From Myxococcales bacterium (lineage in GTDB: Bacteria; Myxococcota_A; UBA9042; JABWCM01; BTVJ01), in contig BTVJ01000023.1 of NCBI GenBank assembly GCA_045863395.1, positions 32,214 through 96,213 of the forward strand: a stretch of DNA of 64,000 bases, in the 5' to 3' direction. Under the pieces are notes generated by a model, which was not told the DNA's origin, did no database searches, and saw nothing but the letters and a program-made list of their open reading frames with translations. How positions within the stretch are numbered: position 1 is the first letter of the stretch; each line of letters opens with the position of its first letter. Positions 1 through 9,667 of this stretch are shown here, one piece after another. The translations under genes and the position numbers were made by a program.

Positions 1-2
1 TC

Positions 3-344
3 CGCACGACGAAGGGGCTCATCATCGGCGGTGCCTCGGGGATGAGCTCGAAGGCCGACGACCCCTACACCCACCCCACCGTCCGCGTGATCGACGCCCA
101 GACCGGCGCCATCGTCGCCGAGCACTTCGGGAGCGAGAGCGGCTCCTTTGCCATTCGGGTCTATGGGTCGATCCTGCTCGACGACGGCACGGTCATCGCG
201 CCCGGCGGGATCAGCGGAGACTACGGCCTGTATGCCATCCGGTTTCCCTACGGCGGGCTCGCCAAGACCGGGTGGCCCGTAGTGTTCGGCGACAACCAGC
301 ACTCGAACCGCTTTCGCCTCGCCCAAGCAGTCCCGCCCCCCTGA
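3..344 (+). CDS. Partial (5'-truncated) hypothetical protein, C-terminal part, possibly beta-propeller-like
   Basis: Frame is open from the window edge through the ORF 42..344, with GC3-rich codons; ends ...GWPVVFGDNQHSNR... Confidence 0.6.
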   Translation, partial: RTTKGLIIGGASGMSSKADDPYTHPTVRVIDAQTGAIVAEHFGSESGSFAIRVYGSILLDDGTVIAPGGISGDYGLYAIRFPYGGLAKTGWPVVFGDNQHSNRFRLAQAVPPP

Positions 345-559
345 CGCGCCTCGACCTCCTCCGTGACCGCGCTACCCCGGGCCACGCCTCCGCCGGGCGC
401 GCTGCGGCCGCGCGTGGAGGGGGTCGACGGACGGCGTAGACCCCATTGCTGAGGCACGCCGCTCCGGCCGCTGCGCTACGCGGTGAGCCACCATCTCGCT
501 GGTGGGAGCCGCTGCGGGTCGAGAGGGGGGCGGGCGCAACGGGCGGGGTCTGCCCGGGG

Positions 560-2203
<1,644 letters not shown>

Positions 2204-2308
2204 GGGATCGCTGTCGCCTCGGGCCTGGGATCCTCACCACCGCGCCACCGTCCGGCGCCGGGAGGGGTCGCCATCAGGCTCCGGCCATCGGACCCACACG
2301 TTTGGCCC

Positions 2309-2337
2309 TTTATAGTCCCGGGGGCCGGAATTATCAA
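2309..2337 (-). promoter_or_regulatory. sigma70-type promoter for the kinase gene
   Basis: Minus strand TTGATA-N17-TATAAA in an AT-rich patch. Confidence 0.65.
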
Positions 2338-2370
2338 CAGATTCGAGCCAAAGCGAGGTGCGGCGGTCCC

Positions 2371-2400
2371 TTGACGGTCCGAACGGGCGCGTGCTAACGT
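2371..2400 (+). promoter_or_regulatory. sigma70-type (extended -10) promoter for the FHA gene
   Basis: TTGACG-N18-TAACGT with TG at the extended -10 position. Confidence 0.55.
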
Positions 2401-2446
2401 CCCGCTCGGCACTCTTGGGGGCTCCACCTGACGGGAACTCGACGCG

Positions 2447-3724
2447 ATGATCACCTGCTCGCAGTGCGGCCGCGAAAACGAGATCTTCTTCAAGTTCTGC
2501 TTGGGCTGCGGCGCCGAGCTGGTCGCGGGTGCTCCGTCCAAGCCGAAGGTGGCGCCCAAGGCGGCAGCACGCCTCGCCGGGGCGCGTCCGACCGGCGCGC
2601 GGCTGCGCTCGGCGGTCGCCCAACCCGAGCCTGCTTCAGCCGCGGCGCCCGAGCCGAATCCCGAGCCCAAGCCGGCGCCCAAGCTCACGCCGGCGCCCGA
2701 TCCCAAGGCGGCGCCCGAGCCCAAGCCTGAGCCCAAACCGGCTCCGGAGCCGGTCGTCGCTGCGGCCGAGGCCGCCCCGCTGCGCCACGACACGGTCGAG
2801 ACCCGCACGATCATCGAGGGGCCGTCCGCCGAGCCAGAGGCTCCCGAGGCCTCTCCCGTAGCCGCCCCAGCCGCGGAGCCCGCATCCTGGGAGCCGGAGC
2901 CGCCCGCGGCAGCGCCCCCGGCCGCCGAGCCCTTGGCAGAGGCTGCGAAGCCGTGCCCGTCGTGCAACAAGCCCGTCGAGGCGGGCCACCTGTTCTGCAA
3001 GAGCTGCGGCACCCGCATGGACCAGCCACCGCAGCCGGCGGAGGCCTCCGTCGCCGTGGACCAGCGCACGCACGTCACCGCCGCGCGCATGGGCAAGCTG
3101 GTCCTGATCCGCGCGGATCGCACGGATGGCTCCGTGTTCCCGCTCTATGAGGGCGTCAACAGCTTCGGGCGCGACGACACGGACATCTCCTTCCCGCAGG
3201 ACGACTTCCTGGCGCCGCGCCACCTGGACGTCCACGTGGAGCCGGGGCGGGTGCGCATCCACCCCTACCCGACGGTCAACGGCACGTTCTACCGCATCCG
3301 CAGCGCCGTACACCTCGCGTCGGGGGACCAGTTCCGCATCGGGCAGCAGCTCCTCCAGATCGAGCTGGCGGACGCCATCGCCGAGATGCTCAACGAGGAC
3401 GGTCTGGAGCCCGTCGGTGCGGCCCTCCCGGCGCAGGTCTGGGGGCGGCTGCTCGTGCTCGTGGGGCCTGACACGGTCGCCAGCGCCTTCCTGCTCTCCG
3501 GCGACGAGATCGTCCTCGGGCGAGAGACCGGCCACATCACCTTCCCCCGCGACGGGTACGTCTCGGGCCGCCACGCGGCGCTGCGCCGGTCCCACGAGGG
3601 CACCGTCTCCCTCGTGGACCTGGGCTCGAGCAACGGCACCTACTACCGCACCAAGGGCGAGACGATGCTGGCGTCGGGCGACATGCTCCTCGCCGGCCAG
3701 CAGCTCTTCCGCGTCCAACTGTAG
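2447..3724 (+). CDS. Zinc-ribbon / double FHA domain protein
   Basis: CSQC..CLGC and CPSC..CKSC zinc ribbons, Pro/Ala linker, two FHA repeats (GR..LAPRH..NGT; GR..VSGRH..SSNGT). Confidence 0.9.
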   Translation: MITCSQCGRENEIFFKFCLGCGAELVAGAPSKPKVAPKAAARLAGARPTGARLRSAVAQPEPASAAAPEPNPEPKPAPKLTPAPDPKAAPEPKPEPKPAPEPVVAAAEAAPLRHDTVETRTIIEGPSAEPEAPEASPVAAPAAEPASWEPEPPAAAPPAAEPLAEAAKPCPSCNKPVEAGHLFCKSCGTRMDQPPQPAEASVAVDQRTHVTAARMGKLVLIRADRTDGSVFPLYEGVNSFGRDDTDISFPQDDFLAPRHLDVHVEPGRVRIHPYPTVNGTFYRIRSAVHLASGDQFRIGQQLLQIELADAIAEMLNEDGLEPVGAALPAQVWGRLLVLVGPDTVASAFLLSGDEIVLGRETGHITFPRDGYVSGRHAALRRSHEGTVSLVDLGSSNGTYYRTKGETMLASGDMLLAGQQLFRVQL

Positions 3725-3750
3725 CGCGTCGTCTTTCTGCGGAGCGGGCG

Positions 3751-5343
3751 TCAGGCGGCCGCCCGCGGGCGACCGCGCAGGGCCTCGAAGACCTGCGAGA
3801 GCAGCGCCCGCTGCTCATCGGCCGGGACCGCGTCGGGAGGATCGAACGTATAGGCGACTCCGGGTCGCCCCCCAGACTCCGCAGGGCGCCGGAGGTGGAC
3901 CCTCAGCGCGGCGCTCCCCCTCGTAAGCACAATGTCCAGCCCGTCGGGGGTCGCGACCGGCTGCACCGGAGTCCACGCACCGAACCCCCGCTGCGCCCGC
4001 ACCGCCTCCGCCATGCGGAGCAGCCGCCCCAGCTCGGCGTGGCGCCGGGCGATGGCGCCGGCGTCCGCTGCTTCGGTGACCTGCGCCCCCTCAGCGAGCG
4101 CCGTGAGCGCCCACACCGCGGCCCCGGCCCCCGCCGTCGGGTCCGTCGCCGACCCCAGGGAGACCCAGGCGTCGAAGCGGTCCGCGCGCATGTCGGGCGT
4201 GCGCCCGCCAGGGTCCGCCGCACCAGGCGGGCGCAGGTCGAGGCGGACCACCCCGGGTCCACCCCGCTCCACGAGCTGCACGGTCACGTGACGCGCCGGC
4301 TCGTCCGTGGCGATGCGAGCTGACCAGCGCGGTTGGGGCACAGACACGGCTTCCAGCCCTCGAGCCAGATGCAGCGGGAAGAAGCGCATTCCCGGGTCCA
4401 CGACCCGGAGCCGCTCCGGCGTGATGGGGTCGACCTCCTCGGTGCCGTAGAACTCCTGGTACAGCTCGAACAGGCCGTTGCACCGCGGCTTGAACAGACA
4501 CCGATCACATGGAGGCGGGTGGCTCTTGTCGAGGCGCTTCACCTCGTACTTGTCCCAGGCCGCCTCCAGCCCGCTCTGCCCGCTCGCCGATACGGTGACG
4601 GTGTGCTCGCCGTCGTGGTGGATGCGGTGGGCGTGCTCCGGCAGCAGGCAGAAGGGGTAGTTGCCCAGGTTGACGTCGAAGCCCTCGTCGAAGCCGTCGA
4701 GCATGCGCCGCAGGTCGTCGCGCATGTCGCTGTAGCGCGGCAGGATGCTCCGCAGGTACTCCTTCGTGCGCTCCCCGGCGTCCGACGGGCGCACCATGTC
4801 GATGTGGAGCTGACGCACCCCGTAGTCCGCCATCAGCGCCGGGAAGGCCGCGACCGAGCGGTAGTTGGTCGTGGTCAGGCACATATTGGACGTGATGGTC
4901 GCGCCCTGGTCCCGCAGTGTGGCGAGGCTGTCCAGGATGCGCTGGAAGCTGCCCGGGTTGCACGTCGTGGCGTCGTGGTGCTCGTGGTCCGCCCCCTGCA
5001 GCGAGAACCGCCACGTCACGGGCCCAAGCGCAAGGACCCTGTCGATGAACGCCGGGTCGCAGGTCTTCACGCCGTTCGTGAAGAGGACGATCTCGGTGTA
5101 GCCCAGCTCGTGGGCTGCCGCGAGGGCGGTGAAGAAGGACCGCTGGAGCGTCGGCTCGCCGCCGAGGAAGGTCACCTTCGTGACGCCGCGCTCTCGGGCC
5201 TGGCGCAGCTCCGTGATGACCGGGTCCGCGGGGATCTGCCGGGCCTGCTTCCACTCCGACACCTGCCCGCTCACGCAGAACACGCACCGGTTGTTGCACA
5301 GGTGGCCGAGCTGGATCTCGATCTGAGGGGGGCTGTCCGTCAT
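3751..5343 (-). CDS. Radical SAM protein with partial SPASM/twitch-like Cys cluster and C-terminal extension
   Basis: CNNRCVFC motif, GGEPT, TNG, PFC, CDRC..C; ATG at 5343 has a GGAG RBS. Confidence 0.9.
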   Translation of the reverse strand: MTDSPPQIEIQLGHLCNNRCVFCVSGQVSEWKQARQIPADPVITELRQARERGVTKVTFLGGEPTLQRSFFTALAAAHELGYTEIVLFTNGVKTCDPAFIDRVLALGPVTWRFSLQGADHEHHDATTCNPGSFQRILDSLATLRDQGATITSNMCLTTTNYRSVAAFPALMADYGVRQLHIDMVRPSDAGERTKEYLRSILPRYSDMRDDLRRMLDGFDEGFDVNLGNYPFCLLPEHAHRIHHDGEHTVTVSASGQSGLEAAWDKYEVKRLDKSHPPPCDRCLFKPRCNGLFELYQEFYGTEEVDPITPERLRVVDPGMRFFPLHLARGLEAVSVPQPRWSARIATDEPARHVTVQLVERGGPGVVRLDLRPPGAADPGGRTPDMRADRFDAWVSLGSATDPTAGAGAAVWALTALAEGAQVTEAADAGAIARRHAELGRLLRMAEAVRAQRGFGAWTPVQPVATPDGLDIVLTRGSAALRVHLRRPAESGGRPGVAYTFDPPDAVPADEQRALLSQVFEALRGRPRAAA

Positions 5344-5406
5344 CGCTCCATCCGGCGAGCCCACAGTGTGGTGCGGCGCCGGTGGCGATGTCAACCGGGA
5401 GAGCGC

Positions 5407-5832
5407 TCACGCGGGCGGGAGTCGCGCCGTGCCCAGCCAGAACGTGTGGATGGCGCTGACCACGTGGAAGAAGCGGTCCAGGTCGATGGGCTTCGTGACG
5501 TAGCAGTTCGCGTGGAGCTGGTAGACCTCCAGCACGTCCGCCTCGTCCTCGGATGTGGTCAGCACGACCACGGGAATGCGGCGCAGCTCTGGGTCCTGCT
5601 TGAGCTGCGCGAGGACCTCGCGGCCGTCCATGCGGGGCATGTTCAGGTCGAGCAAGATGAGCTGTGGCCGCAGCGCCTCTCCGTGGGGTCCCCCTCGCCG
5701 CAGGGTGTCGAGGGCCTCCAGGCCGTCGTGGGCCACTCGCAGGTCCACCGGCTCCCCCAGCTCCCCGAAGGCCTCCTGCGTCAGGCGAACGTCCGCGTCG
5801 CTGTCCTCGACGAGGAGGACGACCGGGCGCAT
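5407..5832 (-). CDS. Single-domain response regulator (Rcp1-like receiver)
   Basis: LLVED, LILLDLNMPRMDG, VLTTS, ANCYVTKP, FW; this is the C-terminal 141 aa of the ORF-track entry 5407..7344. Confidence 0.93.
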   Translation of the reverse strand: MRPVVLLVEDSDADVRLTQEAFGELGEPVDLRVAHDGLEALDTLRRGGPHGEALRPQLILLDLNMPRMDGREVLAQLKQDPELRRIPVVVLTTSEDEADVLEVYQLHANCYVTKPIDLDRFFHVVSAIHTFWLGTARLPPA

Positions 5833-5834
5833 CT

Positions 5835-7274
5835 CTAGAACCACTCGTTGAAGTGGAGCTCCAGGCTCAGGGCGAGGATGTCGTAGGACGACTCGAAGTG
5901 GCCCGCATTGGCGGGGGCACCGTTGCCGCCCATGCACGGCCCGGCGCCAGGGCACGGCGACAGCGGGCGCTGCTGGAAGACCTTGCCCTCGGCCTCGCTG
6001 ACGTCCACGCTCGGCTGGAAGACGTGCAGGTAGGAGACGCTCAGATCGATGCCCCAGTGCGTGAAGCGGAGGCCTCCGCCCACGCCCCAGCGGTCCAGCG
6101 AGAGGAAGTCGAGGTGGGTGTACGCCTTGGGCACGGCCCCCCGCTCCCAGTACGCTCCCGCCGAGATGCCGAACCAGTCCGGGACCGGCTCGACGCTGCC
6201 CCCGAGGCGCACGCTCACCGTGTCCCGCCAGGCCTTGGCGATGGTCAGGTCCGGCAGCGGGGTCGCGGTGAAGAGGTTGGACTCGCCGGACAGCTCGACG
6301 TCGTAGGACTCCAGCATGGACCAGGACTCGTAGACGGCGTCGAGCTCGATGTCGAAGACCTCCCGGTCCCCGTCCAGGTGGCGGTAGCGCAGCCCGAGGC
6401 GCGCCGTCATGGGCAACGTCAGGGGCATCTTCGCGTAGCTGTCGTTGACCTGGAGCTGCTCCGGCGTGAACTCGGCCTGCCCCGGGACGTTGCGCAGGAC
6501 CACGTCGCCCTCCGGGTCCAGGTAGACGGGCACGATGCGGCCAGCGACGCCCAGCTCCAGCTCGGGGATGACCCGCCACCAGGCGCCGATGACCGCCGAA
6601 AAGGCGAAGTCGTCCTTGAGGCGGAGGGTGGCCTCGACGTCCGCACTGCTGTAGTAGGGGTTGACCGCGCCGCCCGGCGTCGCGTCGACGACCAGGCTGA
6701 ACTCCGTCTTGGGCATGTGGACGTACTGGAGCGTCACGCCGACCCCGAAGACGTCCTTCCACCCGTAGGAGACCGCCGCGCTGTAGTACATGAGCAGGAT
6801 GTCCGTGGAGGTCAGCATGTACCGCTGCCCGCCGTCCACGGGGTAGTCCAGCTTGCCGACCGCGTTGGGCCCGTACACGCCGATGGCGAAGGTCCAGTCC
6901 TCGAGGCCGAAGTCCGAGGACAGGACGCCCATCATGCCCAGCGGGAAGAGCTCCTCGCCATTGTGGACCGGAGACAGGGGCGCGTCCTTCTGCGCGTAGG
7001 GGTCGGAGCGCGGGATGCTGCTCGGCGCCCGCTCGAAGGTCGTGGGGTGCCAGATCAGGTTGTGGGAGTAGAGGAAGCGGGTGCCCTTGACCCGCGACAG
7101 GCCGCCCGGGTTGAGGGCGATGGCCGTGAGATCGTCGGCCTTCGCGGTGAAGGCGCCGCCCCGGCCCACCGCGCGCGCGCCGTGGTCGGGGATCTCGAAG
7201 CCCCCGCCGCGTGCGTCGGACGCGACCCAGGAGAGGAACACCACTGCGACCTGCACGACACGGCGTCCCGACAT
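5835..7274 (-). CDS. FadL/OmpP1 family outer-membrane hydrophobic-compound transporter
   Basis: Signal peptide followed by GGFEIPDHGARAVGRGGAFTAKADD..NPGGL; beta-barrel pattern; C-terminal aromatic residue; ATG 7274 with GGAGG RBS. Confidence 0.88.
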   Translation of the reverse strand: MSGRRVVQVAVVFLSWVASDARGGGFEIPDHGARAVGRGGAFTAKADDLTAIALNPGGLSRVKGTRFLYSHNLIWHPTTFERAPSSIPRSDPYAQKDAPLSPVHNGEELFPLGMMGVLSSDFGLEDWTFAIGVYGPNAVGKLDYPVDGGQRYMLTSTDILLMYYSAAVSYGWKDVFGVGVTLQYVHMPKTEFSLVVDATPGGAVNPYYSSADVEATLRLKDDFAFSAVIGAWWRVIPELELGVAGRIVPVYLDPEGDVVLRNVPGQAEFTPEQLQVNDSYAKMPLTLPMTARLGLRYRHLDGDREVFDIELDAVYESWSMLESYDVELSGESNLFTATPLPDLTIAKAWRDTVSVRLGGSVEPVPDWFGISAGAYWERGAVPKAYTHLDFLSLDRWGVGGGLRFTHWGIDLSVSYLHVFQPSVDVSEAEGKVFQQRPLSPCPGAGPCMGGNGAPANAGHFESSYDILALSLELHFNEWF

Positions 7275-7438
7275 TCCAGTCCTCCCATCCGACGAGGTCC
7301 GGCATTGGTAGCACGCGCCCGCGGAGGCGGTCAACCGTTGACACGACGCCGTTGATTCTTCGATGATGCCGGACTTCAGACGATCAGCCATCGGGCTGGC
7401 ACCGGCGACGCGCCCCGTGGGGGCGGCAAGGAGTGGAC

Positions 7439-8338
7439 ATGGCGCGACGTGCAGCCCTGCTCGGCCTGCTCGGCCTACTGGCGGCCTGCGAGAACCCGGT
7501 CGATGACTCGGTGAACGTGCTCCCGGGTGCCCTGAGCGGGGACTCCACTGGCGGCAAGGACACGAAGACCCCTGGCGCCCTCGACGTACCCGCAGACGTC
7601 TCCCCCGTGGAGTGCTCCGACTGCATGAAGGTCGGCGACTTCTACCGCGTGAACCTCCTGGAGGTGACGCAGCTCGACGGCAAGGACCACCCGGTCATCG
7701 GCGTGCTGAACCCCCTGTGGAAGGAGGACATCCACCTCTTCGAGCTGAACATCCTGTTCCGCGTGGTCGCCATCGAGGACACGAAGCTGGAGCTGGCGGT
7801 CATCAGCGGTGCGCGCGTGGGCACCGACGGCAAGGTGTGCATCGTCAAGGACACGGAGGCCCCCCTGAAGCTCACGCGGGCGGGCTGCTTCGCCCCGGAC
7901 TCGGAGCCGGCGGCGCTCAACATCTACGCGGGGGCGCCCACGACACCCAAGAACTGCACCGTCTCCCCGACGACCCTGCCCGTGAGGCACGTGATCCCCG
8001 TGGTCAACGCCAAGATCACGGGCCAGGTCGCCACGGACTGCTCCACCATGACCAACGGCCAGGTGGACGGGGTCATCGCGGAGGAGGCCTTGAAGCAGAT
8101 CTGCACGTGCAGCACAGGCACGGGCGTCTTCAGCGACAAGTGCGGTTCGCCCGACAATTCCTATGCCGACGCCAAGTGTGGCGGGTGCGGCAACTCCTGG
8201 AAGAGCCTCATGGACCTGCTCAAGGCCTTCGGCGCCCTGGACTACGGCTGCAAGACCGAGGACGGTAAGCCCGGCGTGTGCCTGCTGGCTCACTTCGAGG
8301 CCGAGCGCTTCCCGGAGACGCCGCCCCCCTGCCCCTGA
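7439..8338 (+). CDS. Cys-rich lipoprotein of unknown function
   Basis: Lipobox LAAC, AGGAG RBS, many cysteines; alternative GTG start at 7433. Confidence 0.8.
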   Translation: MARRAALLGLLGLLAACENPVDDSVNVLPGALSGDSTGGKDTKTPGALDVPADVSPVECSDCMKVGDFYRVNLLEVTQLDGKDHPVIGVLNPLWKEDIHLFELNILFRVVAIEDTKLELAVISGARVGTDGKVCIVKDTEAPLKLTRAGCFAPDSEPAALNIYAGAPTTPKNCTVSPTTLPVRHVIPVVNAKITGQVATDCSTMTNGQVDGVIAEEALKQICTCSTGTGVFSDKCGSPDNSYADAKCGGCGNSWKSLMDLLKAFGALDYGCKTEDGKPGVCLLAHFEAERFPETPPPCP

Positions 8339-9006
8339 CCCGTCGCTCCCTGACGGCGCCCCACGAAGAGCACGTGACGTCCTCCGCGGCGCTCCCGGGC
8401 AGGCGGTCGCAGGACCTCCACCGAGAGGGCGGCCCGGCGCAAGCGCGATGTGTAGCCGGGGTCGTCCGCCGCTGACCAGACCACGAGGGCGCCGCCCGGC
8501 GCCAGCGCCTGCGCGCAGGCGGCGATGCCGTCGGGCCCGTACACGGCGTCGTTGGCGTCCCGGGTGAGGCCGCGGGGGCCGTTGTCGACATCGAGCAGGA
8601 TGGCGTCGAGGTCCCGGGATCTGCGGATCACGGTCAGGACGTCGTCGACGACGACCGTCACCCGCGGGTCGTCCAGCGGGTGCCCGGCGAGGGGGCCGAG
8701 GACGCCCCGGTTCCACGCGACCACGTCGGGGACCAGCTCGGCGACCACGACGGCCGCGCTGGTGGGGAGAGCGTCCAGCGCCGCGCGGAGCGTGTAGCCG
8801 AGACCGAGCCCACCGATCAGGACGCTGGCGCCAGCGCAAAGGCCCACGCAGGCAGCCCGGGCGAGGGCCTCCTCCGAACCGTGCATCCGGCTCGACATGA
8901 GCATCTGGCCATCGACACGGATGACCAGCTCGTCGCCGCGGCGGGCCAGCACGAGCTCACCACCGTCGGGGGCACGCCCGGTGCCGAGGGTCTCCCAGGG
9001 CTTCAC
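8290..9006 (-). CDS. Spermidine-synthase-like SAM-dependent methyltransferase-fold protein
   Basis: LMSSRMHGSE, VLIGGLGLGYT, VVVAEL, DAILLDVDNGP; GTG 9006 with GGAG RBS; 3' end overlaps the convergent lipoprotein gene. Confidence 0.85.
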   Translation of the reverse strand: MKPWETLGTGRAPDGGELVLARRGDELVIRVDGQMLMSSRMHGSEEALARAACVGLCAGASVLIGGLGLGYTLRAALDALPTSAAVVVAELVPDVVAWNRGVLGPLAGHPLDDPRVTVVVDDVLTVIRRSRDLDAILLDVDNGPRGLTRDANDAVYGPDGIAACAQALAPGGALVVWSAADDPGYTSRLRRAALSVEVLRPPARERRGGRHVLFVGRRQGATGQGQGGGVSGKRSASK

Positions 9007-9173
9007 GAAGACTCCGTCATGAGCGGCCCACTCCGTCGTCGAGATCCACGCAAAGCACCCAGTCTGCCGCGCCCCGACGTTTCTTCGCAACACCTCCGCG
9101 CCACGGTCGAAGCATGCGCCGCTCGCAACGCAGCGGGCTTCCCTCGAACAAATTGGACTCTGGAGGTATCGTC

Positions 9174-9626
9174 ATGCGCCTGTCCTCGCTTCGCTCTGCG
9201 TTCCTCAGTTTTGGCGCTACCCAGACCCTGTGGGCACTCCCGGCCATCTTCGACGACTTCACCATCTCCATGGTGCTCCTGGTGCTCCTCCCCGGGCTCC
9301 TCTACATTGGCATCGGCGCCAACCTCGCGCGGTGCCAGGTCTGGAGCCACCGCATCGTCGAGTGGCCGCCGCAGCTCTTCTCCCACGTGTTCCTCATGAT
9401 GGCCGTCGTGATGGGCGTCGCCAGCCTCGTCCTCCCAGGCGTGGACCATCGCTCGACGGAGAGCAGCGGGGACTACCTTGGCGCCGCAACGGTCCTGGGA
9501 GGCGTGGGAGCGCTCCACCTCGTGCTGTGGCTGTTCGCCCGCAAGGTGAATCGTCTGGTCGCCGCCATCGCGGAAGCGGACGTCTCGGAGAAGATGCCTC
9601 GCGTCGCCGCCATGGACGCCCACTGA
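9174..9626 (+). CDS. Hypothetical membrane protein (3-4 TM)
   Basis: GGAGG RBS before ATG 9174; several hydrophobic segments. Confidence 0.7.
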   Translation: MRLSSLRSAFLSFGATQTLWALPAIFDDFTISMVLLVLLPGLLYIGIGANLARCQVWSHRIVEWPPQLFSHVFLMMAVVMGVASLVLPGVDHRSTESSGDYLGAATVLGGVGALHLVLWLFARKVNRLVAAIAEADVSEKMPRVAAMDAH

Positions 9627-9667
9627 CCACCCGCCGAGCCCCTCGCCATCCCTCCTCCGAGCCCCCC

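Noticed and set aside
2447..3724. FHA plus kinase as part of a type VI secretion cluster
   Set aside because: No T6SS structural genes in the window.
7396..7411. CTGGCAC-N-GC as a sigma54 promoter
   Set aside because: Spacing fits but the -12 element (ACGC) is poor, and sigma70-like elements explain the region.
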